A stretch of 32,000 bases of DNA from Candidatus Saccharimonadota bacterium. GTDB taxonomy: Bacteria > Patescibacteriota > Saccharimonadia > Saccharimonadales > Saccharimonadaceae. How positions within the stretch are numbered: the stretch's first letter is position 1; each line of letters starts with the position of its first letter. The position numbers and the translations under genes were made by a program. The notes beneath the pieces were generated by a model. It ran no database searches. It was not told the DNA's origin and was given only the letters and a program-made list of their open reading frames with translations. This document shows, one piece after another, positions 24,314-31,947 of the stretch. Where the stretch lies: the NCBI GenBank assembly GCA_002421785.1, contig DIRZ01000001.1, positions 60,001-92,000 of the forward strand, in the 5' to 3' direction.

Positions 24314-24850
24314 ATGTCTATCGGCTTACAACGCGGCACCGTCCAGATTCTCCCATACGACCCTCAGTGGGCTCACGAGTATGAATTTGAAAAGCAGCGC
24401 CTAATGACGGCGCTCGGCAACACTATCATCGCAATCGAGCATGTCGGCAGCACCTCGGTACCCGGACTCGCCGCCAAACCACTCATCGACATAGTAGCCG
24501 CCATTGATTCCTTTGAACGACTACCTGCTATCATCCATGCACTCACCGCAATGGGCTACGAGCATATGCCCGAACGTATATCAAACGAGCGAGCCTTTTT
24601 TCCCAAGGGACCACAGCAGCGGCGCACTCATCACCTCAGTTTTGTACTACAGGGAAGTGACGCCTGGCGTCAAACCATTACGTTCCGCGACTATTTGCGC
24701 CAACACCCAGAACGCCGCAATGCCTACGCCGTACTCAAGCAGCAGCTTGCTAGCGCCCACGCCGATGACCGCTACGCATATACCGCGGCCAAGCACGACT
24801 TTATCGAACAAACCCTACAGCTTGCCCTGCTTGATGCTGTGCGCACATGA
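24314..24850 (+). CDS. GrpB (UPF0157) family protein
   Basis: YDPQWAHEYEFEKQRL...IEHVGSTSVPGLAAKPLIDIV is typical of GrpB. Confidence 0.75.
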   Translation: MSIGLQRGTVQILPYDPQWAHEYEFEKQRLMTALGNTIIAIEHVGSTSVPGLAAKPLIDIVAAIDSFERLPAIIHALTAMGYEHMPERISNERAFFPKGPQQRRTHHLSFVLQGSDAWRQTITFRDYLRQHPERRNAYAVLKQQLASAHADDRYAYTAAKHDFIEQTLQLALLDAVRT

Positions 24851-24905
24851 AAGTGGCCCCCGTTCCAGCTAAGGAAGAGGGCCGGTGCGGGGGACTTACC
24901 CGCGT

Positions 24906-25082
24906 TCACCGTGCAAGTTCGGTGAAGAACACGCCAAGGCCGTTGAGGAGCCTCCACGCGAAGTCCAGAACCGAGCCGACGCCATCGGCAGCTTTCACTG
25001 GATTCACGACGATCATGAAAACCAGGAAGCCGAGAGCAAGCCACAGCAAAACAGGCTTGATAGGTGGCTTCGCAAAAGACAC
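24906..25082 (-). CDS. 58-aa hydrophobic peptide, high GC, hypothetical
   Basis: There is a GTG start at 25082. AAGGAGG (25097-25091, minus) lies 8 nt upstream. The upstream promoter is TTTACT-17 nt-(TGT)TATAAT, with the -10 at 25136-25131, and there is a 5'UTR hairpin at 25106-25123. The product is VSFAKPPIKPVLLWLALGFLVFMIVVNPVKAADGVGSVLDFAWRLLNGLGVFFTELAR. Confidence 0.5.
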   Translation of the reverse strand: MSFAKPPIKPVLLWLALGFLVFMIVVNPVKAADGVGSVLDFAWRLLNGLGVFFTELAR

Positions 25083-25213
25083 CTGTCTCACCTCCTTTCG
25101 GTGCTAGCCACAGGGTTGTGACTGGGGTATATTATAACATTCTAACGAAGAAAAGTAAATGCTGTCGCGTGCACCGCTTTGTGCGCACCTCTCCGATAGG
25201 CTATACTAACCCT

Positions 25214-25777
25214 ATGAAGCTCGTCATTGGCCTCGGCAACCCCGAAAAGCAATACACTGGCACTCGGCATAACGTCGGCTTTGCTGTGCTGGATGAGTAC
25301 GCTCGTAGCAACGACTTGTCTTTCACGCGTAGCAGCAAATTCCGTGGAGATATTGCCGAGAAGGGGACGGGAGAGCACAAGGTACTATTCCTCAAGCCTA
25401 GCACCTACTACAACCTGGTAGGTGAGTCTGCCCGCGCGGTATGTGATTTTTACCGCATATTACCCCAAGATGTTTTGATCATCCACGATGATTTAGCGCT
25501 ACCGCTCGGCACGCTGCGCACCCGCCTGGGCGGGTCAAGTGCGGGAAATAACGGCGTTAAGTCACTCACACAGCACCTTGGTGAAGATACTACACGGCTC
25601 CGCGTCGGTATCTATAGCGACCAACGCGAATACATGGATGCTGCCGATTTCGTACTCAGTAAGTTTAATGCTAAAGAGCGCGCCACACTAGAGCGGCTAC
25701 AGCATGTCGCCGAAGTCTGTATCGAAGATTTCATCTACGGCAATCTGACCCCCATGACACATTCTGCAGAGGCCTAG
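25214..25777 (+). CDS. pth: peptidyl-tRNA hydrolase
   Basis: MKLVIGLGNPEKQYTGTRHNVGF is the canonical Pth N-terminus. The start is trimmed from 25064. TATACT 25202-25207 lies 6 nt upstream. Confidence 0.9.
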   Translation: MKLVIGLGNPEKQYTGTRHNVGFAVLDEYARSNDLSFTRSSKFRGDIAEKGTGEHKVLFLKPSTYYNLVGESARAVCDFYRILPQDVLIIHDDLALPLGTLRTRLGGSSAGNNGVKSLTQHLGEDTTRLRVGIYSDQREYMDAADFVLSKFNAKERATLERLQHVAEVCIEDFIYGNLTPMTHSAEA

Positions 25778-26574
25778 TACTCTTGGTGCGAATCTACCAC
25801 ATCCTGAGCTTTGCTCTCGGCGTGCGCGTGGGGTAATGCGCTCGTAACCGCGATAATGGCAACCACCCCTAGAATCAACATAGCAGCTTGCTTGGTGCCT
25901 TCACGATGAGGTTTTTCATGTATATCGGGTATCAGATCACTCGCGGCGATATAGATGAAGAAGCCAGCCGCCAGCGCCAGAAGTGGCGATGCGTCAAGCT
26001 GATACAAGCCGCCCAGCCAGAACGTAGCCATAGCCATCACTACTGTGGCCATGGCGCTCATCAGATTCACCGCAATCACACGACGAGGCTTCAGCCCTTT
26101 GCCAAGCAAAATACCAAAATCACCAATCTCTTGCGGTATCTCGTGCGCAGCCACCGCAATACTCATCGTAATACCGGCAGCGGGATTGACAAGAAATGCT
26201 GCACCGATGGCAATACCATCAATCGCATTATGTAGTGTGTCACCAATCACAACAAGATAGGTATGCACGCGATCGCGGCCGCCATGGACATCATCGTGGT
26301 GATGATGATGGAACCAACCCACGAGCCGCTCTAGTGCAAAGAATAGCAAGAACCCGCTCAGTGCCCACATCAGTATTTCACTTGGCTCACGGTCCTCGAG
26401 CGCCTCAGGGAGCGTACTCACAAACGCCGTTGCAAGTAACGTCCCCGCGCCAAACGGCAATGCATACACAATAACTTGCTGACGTAGCCGCGTGGCGCGA
26501 AGCAACACCATGCCTCCAACAAGCGAAATAACACTTCCGAGCGTTGCCCAAAACAATACTTGTAAACTATCCAT
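25774..26574 (-). CDS. ZIP-family divalent metal (zinc) transporter, ZupT-like
   Basis: The protein is multi-TM, with a His-rich loop WFHHHHHDDVHGG and a ZIP signature AAHEIPQEIGDFGIL. Confidence 0.8.
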   Translation of the reverse strand: MDSLQVLFWATLGSVISLVGGMVLLRATRLRQQVIVYALPFGAGTLLATAFVSTLPEALEDREPSEILMWALSGFLLFFALERLVGWFHHHHHDDVHGGRDRVHTYLVVIGDTLHNAIDGIAIGAAFLVNPAAGITMSIAVAAHEIPQEIGDFGILLGKGLKPRRVIAVNLMSAMATVVMAMATFWLGGLYQLDASPLLALAAGFFIYIAASDLIPDIHEKPHREGTKQAAMLILGVVAIIAVTSALPHAHAESKAQDVVDSHQEY

Positions 26575-26600
26575 TCACTTAGCATAGGGGAGGGATCTCC

Positions 26601-26638
26601 TTATTGCAAATTTGTTGCAATAAGCCGTATAATTGCAA
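26601..26638. promoter_or_regulatory. palindromic operator TTATTGCAA-5 nt-TTGCAATAA plus a third half-site AATTGCAA, in the divergent ZIP/Fur-family promoter region
   Basis: The perfect 9-bp inverted repeat spans 26601-26623. Its TTGCAA doubles as the -35 of the ZIP promoter (TTGCAA-17 nt-TATGCT-6 nt-ATG on the minus strand). The third site, at 26631-26638, overlaps the regulator's -10 (TATAAT 26628-26633). Confidence 0.6.
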
Positions 26639-26639
26639 C

Positions 26640-27065
26640 ATGCCACCTCTCAAACAGCTCCTACGCGACCATCACTTGCGACATACGACGGCTCGACAGG
26701 AAGTATTTGCTGCGCTCCAATCCGCAGAGAGGCCCCTGTTTATCCATCAAATCGTCAACCTTTGCCCCCTCTCGAACCGCACTAGCGTTTACCGGACCCT
26801 CAACCTGTTTGCGACATTAGGTATCATTGAAACCATCACTTCAGGGTGGAAAAGTCGGTATGAGCTCGCTGGACCGTTTAAGCCGCATCATCATCATTTG
26901 CATTGCACCGCCTGCCATCAGCTCATTCAGCTTGATATTCCTATCCTAGAAGAGACTATCAAATCATTCGCGGATAGTCATGAGTATATGCTCACAGGAC
27001 ACCACATTGAACTTACCGGCCTCTGTAAGAAATGTCAGCTGTCCTTATCGCAAGGGAGGGACTAA
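26640..27065 (+). CDS. Fur-family metalloregulator, probably Zur
   Basis: A winged-helix N-terminus is followed by HHHHLHCTACHQ and CKKC (two CxxC pairs). The gene is divergent from a ZIP transporter. The start is trimmed to ATG 26640, 6 nt after TATAAT. Confidence 0.75.
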   Translation: MPPLKQLLRDHHLRHTTARQEVFAALQSAERPLFIHQIVNLCPLSNRTSVYRTLNLFATLGIIETITSGWKSRYELAGPFKPHHHHLHCTACHQLIQLDIPILEETIKSFADSHEYMLTGHHIELTGLCKKCQLSLSQGRD

Positions 27066-27072
27066 TACCAAC

Positions 27073-27100
27073 CAAAAACCCGAGATTTCTCTCGGGTTTT
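27073..27100. terminator. bidirectional rho-independent terminator
   Basis: AAAAACCCGAGA-TTTC-TCTCGGGTTTTT has an A-run on one side and a T-run on the other. Confidence 0.85.
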
Positions 27101-27421
27101 TCAGTATTCTCACGTAAAGGTGCCAGGTAAGGGTGGGCATCACCTGACACCATTACGCCCTTCATCCCACCCTGAAGTCGGGTATTAGCGTGACCCACCT
27201 CACAAATACAAGAGGTCCGCCGGACAAAGGGGTTAGTATACGCACAGGGCTTTCTAGCGGCATTATAGTGGAGGGTAGATTACTATAATGCACCTTGTGC
27301 GCAACCTAACATAAGTTAGAATAGGGGGTATAAGGTGCTTGATCCAGGTAGTCCCTGGTCAATCGTTTACCATATTATCACACAGTTGGCATTATGTCAA
27401 TACTTTTTACAACTAATTAGC

Positions 27422-28282
27422 ATGAAAATCAATGATATTGTACCAGATAAGCATAACTACCTACAGATTGTAGGTAATATTGCTAAACCACCACGTATAT
27501 TGCATTATACCGGTAAACTCCCAGAAGCACGACTACCGACCGTTGCCATCGTGGGTACGCGCAAACCAACAAGCTATGGGCGGGAAGTGACCGAACGATT
27601 TTCGTATGAACTTGCGAGTAAAGGGGTTGTTATTATCAGCGGGTTAGCACTAGGGGTCGATGCAATTGCACATAGGGCCGCGCTGGACGCGGGCGGGACG
27701 ACCCTTGCCTTGCTCCCGTGTGGACTCCCCCGTATCGCACCGGCCACCAACAGGGGATTAGCAGAAGACATCGTCCGCCTTGGTGGCGCGCTCATCTGCG
27801 AGTACGACAGCGACGCTGAAGTTGCCTGGAAATCGAACATGCTCGAACGAAACAGGCTTGTATCGGGCATAGCCGATGCTGTATTAATCACCGAAGCAAG
27901 TGCGCGCAGTGGCACGCTCAACACCGCCGCACGCGCACTCGAGCAGGGAAAAACTGTTTTCGTCGTGCCCGGTAACATCACCAGCCCAAGTAGCGCGGGA
28001 TGCAATTCGCTCCTAAAGCAGGGCGCAACGCCCGTCACATGCGCCGAAGATATCCTCGAAGTTATTGCGCCTCAGCTTTTAACGAGCCAAACACAATTTG
28101 CCTTGGGGAGCAATACACACGAACTACAGATTATTGCACAGCTACAAGCAGGGCTGCGGGATGGCGACGAAATACAGCGTGTCACCGGCATTGCCGCAGG
28201 TGACATGAGCATGTCGCTCACCATGCTAGAACTCGCCGGCACCATTAAAGCGCTCGGCGCGAACCAGTGGACGCTCCGCTAA
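27422..28282 (+). CDS. dprA: DNA processing protein DprA (Smf)
   Basis: VAIVGTRKPTSYGREV...ISGLALGVDAIAHRAAL...ERNRLVSG is the DprA Rossmann-like domain. The start is trimmed to MKINDIV (ATG 27422). Confidence 0.85.
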   Translation: MKINDIVPDKHNYLQIVGNIAKPPRILHYTGKLPEARLPTVAIVGTRKPTSYGREVTERFSYELASKGVVIISGLALGVDAIAHRAALDAGGTTLALLPCGLPRIAPATNRGLAEDIVRLGGALICEYDSDAEVAWKSNMLERNRLVSGIADAVLITEASARSGTLNTAARALEQGKTVFVVPGNITSPSSAGCNSLLKQGATPVTCAEDILEVIAPQLLTSQTQFALGSNTHELQIIAQLQAGLRDGDEIQRVTGIAAGDMSMSLTMLELAGTIKALGANQWTLR

Positions 28283-28283
28283 T

Positions 28284-28568
28284 CTACTCGCAATCGAAGG
28301 TTTCTGTAACAGGAAAGATTGCGCCTTCGCGTTGCGGCACATAGCGCAAGGGCCGCTCGTCAAGTTCGAGCGGATTACCGAATACTCTCGCCTCGGTACG
28401 ATCCTTCTCAGGATTCATCCAAACTGCGCGGTTAACCGTGCGAACAAGTTCATTGAGGATATGTGCTAACCGCTCCTCTTCCTCTGGAGTCAACTTTTCA
28501 CCGGTAACATAGCGAAACCCTCCGCGAATTTTTTCACGAGTGACAGGTAAACTAACGTAATTTGTCAT
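28284..28568 (-). CDS. hypothetical 94-aa protein
   Basis: The ORF has backbone-like composition. AGGA lies 8 nt upstream of the ATG. I recognise no motif. Confidence 0.45.
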   Translation of the reverse strand: MTNYVSLPVTREKIRGGFRYVTGEKLTPEEEERLAHILNELVRTVNRAVWMNPEKDRTEARVFGNPLELDERPLRYVPQREGAIFPVTETFDCE

Positions 28569-28697
28569 ATCTGTATCCTTTATAGAATTATCCCTCCAGT
28601 TTGCTCGCAGACTCCCACCATGTCAAGAGTTTGTTGTCAATACTCCAACACCTATCATTTTTTATCATTCCAATGTAAATGTGGTATAGTATGCATA

Positions 28698-29297
28698 ATG
28701 AAACGCGATATCCGAGCCAAAGACCTTCTACAAATACCGACTGCCATTACCGCCGTGTCGTTTGCATCTGTTCTGGCGGGTGCACAGCACATCGAGACCC
28801 CAGAGGGCAAGGCATTAGTAGCGGCCGGCAGATTCGGCGATGTTGTTGACGGATTCGTCGCGCGCAAACTTGATATGTCTAGTGACGCAGGAGCAATCGC
28901 CGATGTTGTCGCCGACAAACTAGGTATGCTGGCAATTAGCGTCGGCATGTGGAAGCATGACATTGCCCCAAAGCCAGTCCTTGTCGGGATGGCCGCGAAA
29001 CATGCGCTCAACGCTGGCGCCACACTTTACAATGGTCTGCGCGACGAAAACAAGCGAGCCATTCGCCCACCAATTTCAGGTAAATACGGTATGGCCGCCG
29101 ACAATGTCTCACTGTTATCCTTCGCTGTCGCCAGTGAATTACAGCCAGGCACGGCCGGATGCCGGGTAGCGCGCGGACTAGGCTGGGCAGCCGCGGCAGC
29201 AGGCGCGGCATTTGGCGTCGTATCCGCACGCCACTACCTCAAAGGCGAGTTTGACGAAGCCACACCAGCGGTTGACGCCACGCCGAACCTGGGTTAG
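28698..29297 (+). CDS. CDP-alcohol phosphatidyltransferase family protein (PgsA-like)
   Basis: The signature D-G-x2-A-R-x8-G-x3-D-x3-D is present as DGFVARKLDMSSDAGAIADVVAD. The start is trimmed to MKRDIRAK (ATG 28698), 7 nt after TGGTATAGT. Confidence 0.75.
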   Translation: MKRDIRAKDLLQIPTAITAVSFASVLAGAQHIETPEGKALVAAGRFGDVVDGFVARKLDMSSDAGAIADVVADKLGMLAISVGMWKHDIAPKPVLVGMAAKHALNAGATLYNGLRDENKRAIRPPISGKYGMAADNVSLLSFAVASELQPGTAGCRVARGLGWAAAAAGAAFGVVSARHYLKGEFDEATPAVDATPNLG

Positions 29298-29352
29298 TAT
29301 AAGCCACTGTATTAGGCGAAAGCGCCATAATTATATATAGTGAAGTTTATAC

Positions 29353-31668
29353 ATGAGCAAAAATTTAGTAATCGTCGAGTCACCAGCCAAAGCTAAAACT
29401 ATCGAAAAATACCTCGGTAAAGACTTTAAAGTACTCAGTAGTATTGGGCATATCCGCTCTATCGCCAAAAAGACCAAAGATGGAACCCCTCCTATCGATG
29501 TGGAGCATGGTTTCAAAACCACCTACGAAGTCGACAGCGAAAAGAAAAAGGTGATTAGCGAGCTCAAGAAAGCAGTAAAAGCAGCCGAAACAGTTTGGCT
29601 CGCAACCGACGAAGACCGCGAAGGGGAAGCTATCGCATGGCACCTGTGTGAAGTACTTGGGCTTGATCCCACAAAAACCAAACGAATCGTCTTCCACGAA
29701 ATCACCAAGGGCGCGATAGAAGAAGCCATCAAACATCCGCGCACCGTTGATATGAAGCTTGTGGAAGCTCAGCAAGCCAGGCAAATCCTTGACCGCATTG
29801 TCGGTTTTGAGCTCAGCCCTGTTGTGTGGCAGAAGGTCCCGGGCGGCAAAAGCGCCGGCCGCGTTCAGAGCCCAGCCGTGCGCCTACTCGTCGAACGCGA
29901 GCGCGAAATCACCGCCTTTAGTACAAGCGCGCAGTTTAAAGTAACCGCCGTCTTTATCGCGGGCAAGGATGAGTTCAAGGCCGAACTCAAGCAGCGCTTC
30001 GATACCGAAGAACAGGCGACTGCATTTCTCACGCGTTTAGCCGATGCTACCTATACCGTCAGCGCCATCACCAAAGCACCGAGCACCCGCAACCCCGCTG
30101 CGCCGTTCACTACAAGTACGCTGCAACAAGAAGCCAACAGCAAGCTTGGATACAGCAGCCGCACCACCATGAACGCGGCACAAAAGCTCTACCAGGAAGG
30201 GCGTATCACATATATGCGTACCGACAGCGTCAACCTGAGCGGGCAGGCGATTGCCGCTGCTGCAGACTTTATTAAACGGCTTTATGGTATCGAATATAGT
30301 ACCGTTCGTAAGTTTAAAACCAAAAGTGCTGGCGCCCAGGAAGCTCACGAAGCCATTCGCCCGACAGACATCACCCGCGAATCTGTCAGCGGTAGTGACT
30401 ATGACCAAAAACTCTACGATCTCATCCGTCGCCGCACGCTGGCAAGCCAAATGAGCCCTGCCAAGCTTGAGCGCACAACGGTCACCATTGCCATATCAAG
30501 CGGCAGTGAAGTGTTTGAAGCCAAGGGTGAAGTTGTCGTGTTTGACGGTTTCCTGCGCGTTTATGGGGGCAAAGATGACACATTACTCCCTGCACTCGCG
30601 GCTAACGACGAAGTCAAACCCTACAGCGTAGAAGCACGCCAGGTGTTCGCTCGTCCGCCAGCACGCTACAGCGAAGGCGCGCTCGTCAAAAAACTCGAAG
30701 AACTCGGCATCGGTCGCCCAAGTACTTACGCCACTATCATTAATACCGTCCAGGCCCGTGGCTACGCCGAGCGTGGCGAAAGCGAAGGCACACCCCGCGA
30801 TGTTGTTGTGCTGCAACTACTTGATGGCCAAGTGGACCGTGAAGTGGTGCAAGAAAAAACCGGAAGCGACAAAGGTAAGCTCGTACCAACCCCCGCCGGA
30901 GAACTCATTAGTGACTTTCTGGGCACGCATTTTGACCAAGTGGTCGACTACGGGTTCACAGCAAGTGTCGAAGAACACTTCGACGACATCGCCGCCGACA
31001 AACTCGAGCGTAACCAAATGCTCGAAGAATTCTACACGCCATTCCATAAACTTATTGAACAGTCGGGTGGCATCGACCGTAGCACCGTTGGCAACAGCCG
31101 TGAAGTCGGTACCGACCCAAAAACCGGCAAGCCCATTACGGCGCGCTTTGGCCGCTTTGGCCCAATGCTCCAGCTTGGTACTAGCGAAGATGCCGACAAA
31201 CCGCAATTTGCACCATTGCCACGTGGCACCAAAATCGAAACCGTTACCCTAGAGCAGGCACTAGAAGCCTTTAAGCTACCCCGACTTGTCGGACAGACCA
31301 GCGATGGCGTCGACATCAAAGCAAACGTTGGTCGCTTCGGTCCATACATCCAGGTTGGCAAACTATTCGTAAGTATCAAAGACCACGATCCGCGCGATAT
31401 CACGCTTAGTGACGCGCGCGCCCTTTACGACGCTAAGCTCAAGGCCGAAGCCGAAAAAACCATCGCCGATTACGGTGCAGTCAAAGTACTTAACGGCCGC
31501 TATGGTCCCTACATTACCGATGGCAAAAAGAATGCCAAAATCCCTAAAGACACCGATCCAAAGACCATTGACGAAAAGCAAGCCAAAAAACTCCTCGCTG
31601 ACGCGCCCGCCAAAAAGGGCAGGGCGCGCGCCACCGCGCGTACCCGACGATCCGCAACCAAAAAGTAG
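29353..31668 (+). CDS. topA: DNA topoisomerase I (type IA)
   Basis: The Toprim motifs are LVIVESPAKAKTIEKYLG and ATDEDREGE, and the catalytic Tyr context is GRITYMRTDS. The C-terminal tail is Lys/Arg-rich. Confidence 0.92.
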   Translation: MSKNLVIVESPAKAKTIEKYLGKDFKVLSSIGHIRSIAKKTKDGTPPIDVEHGFKTTYEVDSEKKKVISELKKAVKAAETVWLATDEDREGEAIAWHLCEVLGLDPTKTKRIVFHEITKGAIEEAIKHPRTVDMKLVEAQQARQILDRIVGFELSPVVWQKVPGGKSAGRVQSPAVRLLVEREREITAFSTSAQFKVTAVFIAGKDEFKAELKQRFDTEEQATAFLTRLADATYTVSAITKAPSTRNPAAPFTTSTLQQEANSKLGYSSRTTMNAAQKLYQEGRITYMRTDSVNLSGQAIAAAADFIKRLYGIEYSTVRKFKTKSAGAQEAHEAIRPTDITRESVSGSDYDQKLYDLIRRRTLASQMSPAKLERTTVTIAISSGSEVFEAKGEVVVFDGFLRVYGGKDDTLLPALAANDEVKPYSVEARQVFARPPARYSEGALVKKLEELGIGRPSTYATIINTVQARGYAERGESEGTPRDVVVLQLLDGQVDREVVQEKTGSDKGKLVPTPAGELISDFLGTHFDQVVDYGFTASVEEHFDDIAADKLERNQMLEEFYTPFHKLIEQSGGIDRSTVGNSREVGTDPKTGKPITARFGRFGPMLQLGTSEDADKPQFAPLPRGTKIETVTLEQALEAFKLPRLVGQTSDGVDIKANVGRFGPYIQVGKLFVSIKDHDPRDITLSDARALYDAKLKAEAEKTIADYGAVKVLNGRYGPYITDGKKNAKIPKDTDPKTIDEKQAKKLLADAPAKKGRARATARTRRSATKK

Positions 31669-31692
31669 CACTTTAGCTCTAAATCCCCATTA

Positions 31693-31740
31693 CTCCCGTT
31701 TATTGCCGCAACCCTGCAAGAAAACGGGAGATTTTTATTT
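31693..31740 (+). terminator. rho-independent terminator after topA
   Basis: CTCCCGTTT (31693-31701) pairs with AAACGGGAG (31722-31730), with an inner TTGC/GCAA helix, followed by ATTTTTATTT. Confidence 0.75.
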
Positions 31741-31751
31741 ATGGTGTAATA

Positions 31752-31775
31752 TTATCCACAGTTTTTTGTGGATTA
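31752..31775. promoter_or_regulatory. inverted pair of DnaA-box-like 9-mers (TTATCCACA, and TGTGGATTA = TAATCCACA on the other strand)
   Basis: TTATCCACA at 31752-31760 is a perfect match to the TTATNCACA consensus. The inverted partner at 31767-31775 has one mismatch. The same 7-bp inverted repeat could alternatively be a second terminator hairpin. Confidence 0.4.
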
Positions 31776-31918
31776 TTTTGTAATTTTACAGGGGTGATAT
31801 TTGACAGGCAAGGGGAGTATGGTTAGCCTCATCATACTTTGCTAGCAAAAAAAGCCTCAAAAAAGTATTTACCATTAGCGTCTACATTGTGGTATACTAG
31901 CTATAGAGAATTATGTGT

Positions 31919-31947
31919 TTGACATATATAAAATAATGTTCTATAAT
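31919..31947 (+). promoter_or_regulatory. perfect consensus promoter TTGACA-17 nt-TATAAT reading out of the window
   Basis: TTGACA is at 31919-31924 and TATAAT at 31942-31947. An SD-like AGAGGTGAGG lies at 31983-31992, and the gene start lies beyond 32000. Confidence 0.6.

Noticed and set aside
27013-27198. 61-aa minus-strand ORF in the Fur/dprA spacer
   Set aside because: It runs through the bidirectional terminator and into the Fur-family gene 3' end. There is no start context. The region is better explained as non-coding, possibly RNA.
2891-28697. Longer N-terminal extensions given by the ORF track: 2012 (ATPase), 2806 (pyrH), 2891, 3898 (xth), 9419, 10375 (gltX), 17223, 18272 (pilin), 25064 (pth), 26604, 27335 (dprA) and 28620
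   Set aside because: The extensions would run through promoters, terminators or upstream gene ends. They also add residues absent from the well-known N-termini of these families. Internal starts with a -10 or an SD at the proper distance were chosen instead.
31790-31830. GGGGTGATATTTGACAGGCAAGGGG resembles the 5' end of tmRNA (GGGG...TTCGAC.GGG)
   Set aside because: The spacing between GGGG and the TTCGAC-like element is ~5 nt instead of ~10-11. The candidate tag frame does not end in a hydrophobic ...AA-type tail. A perfect promoter lies inside the would-be gene. The 3' tRNA-like end would be outside the window, so it cannot be verified.
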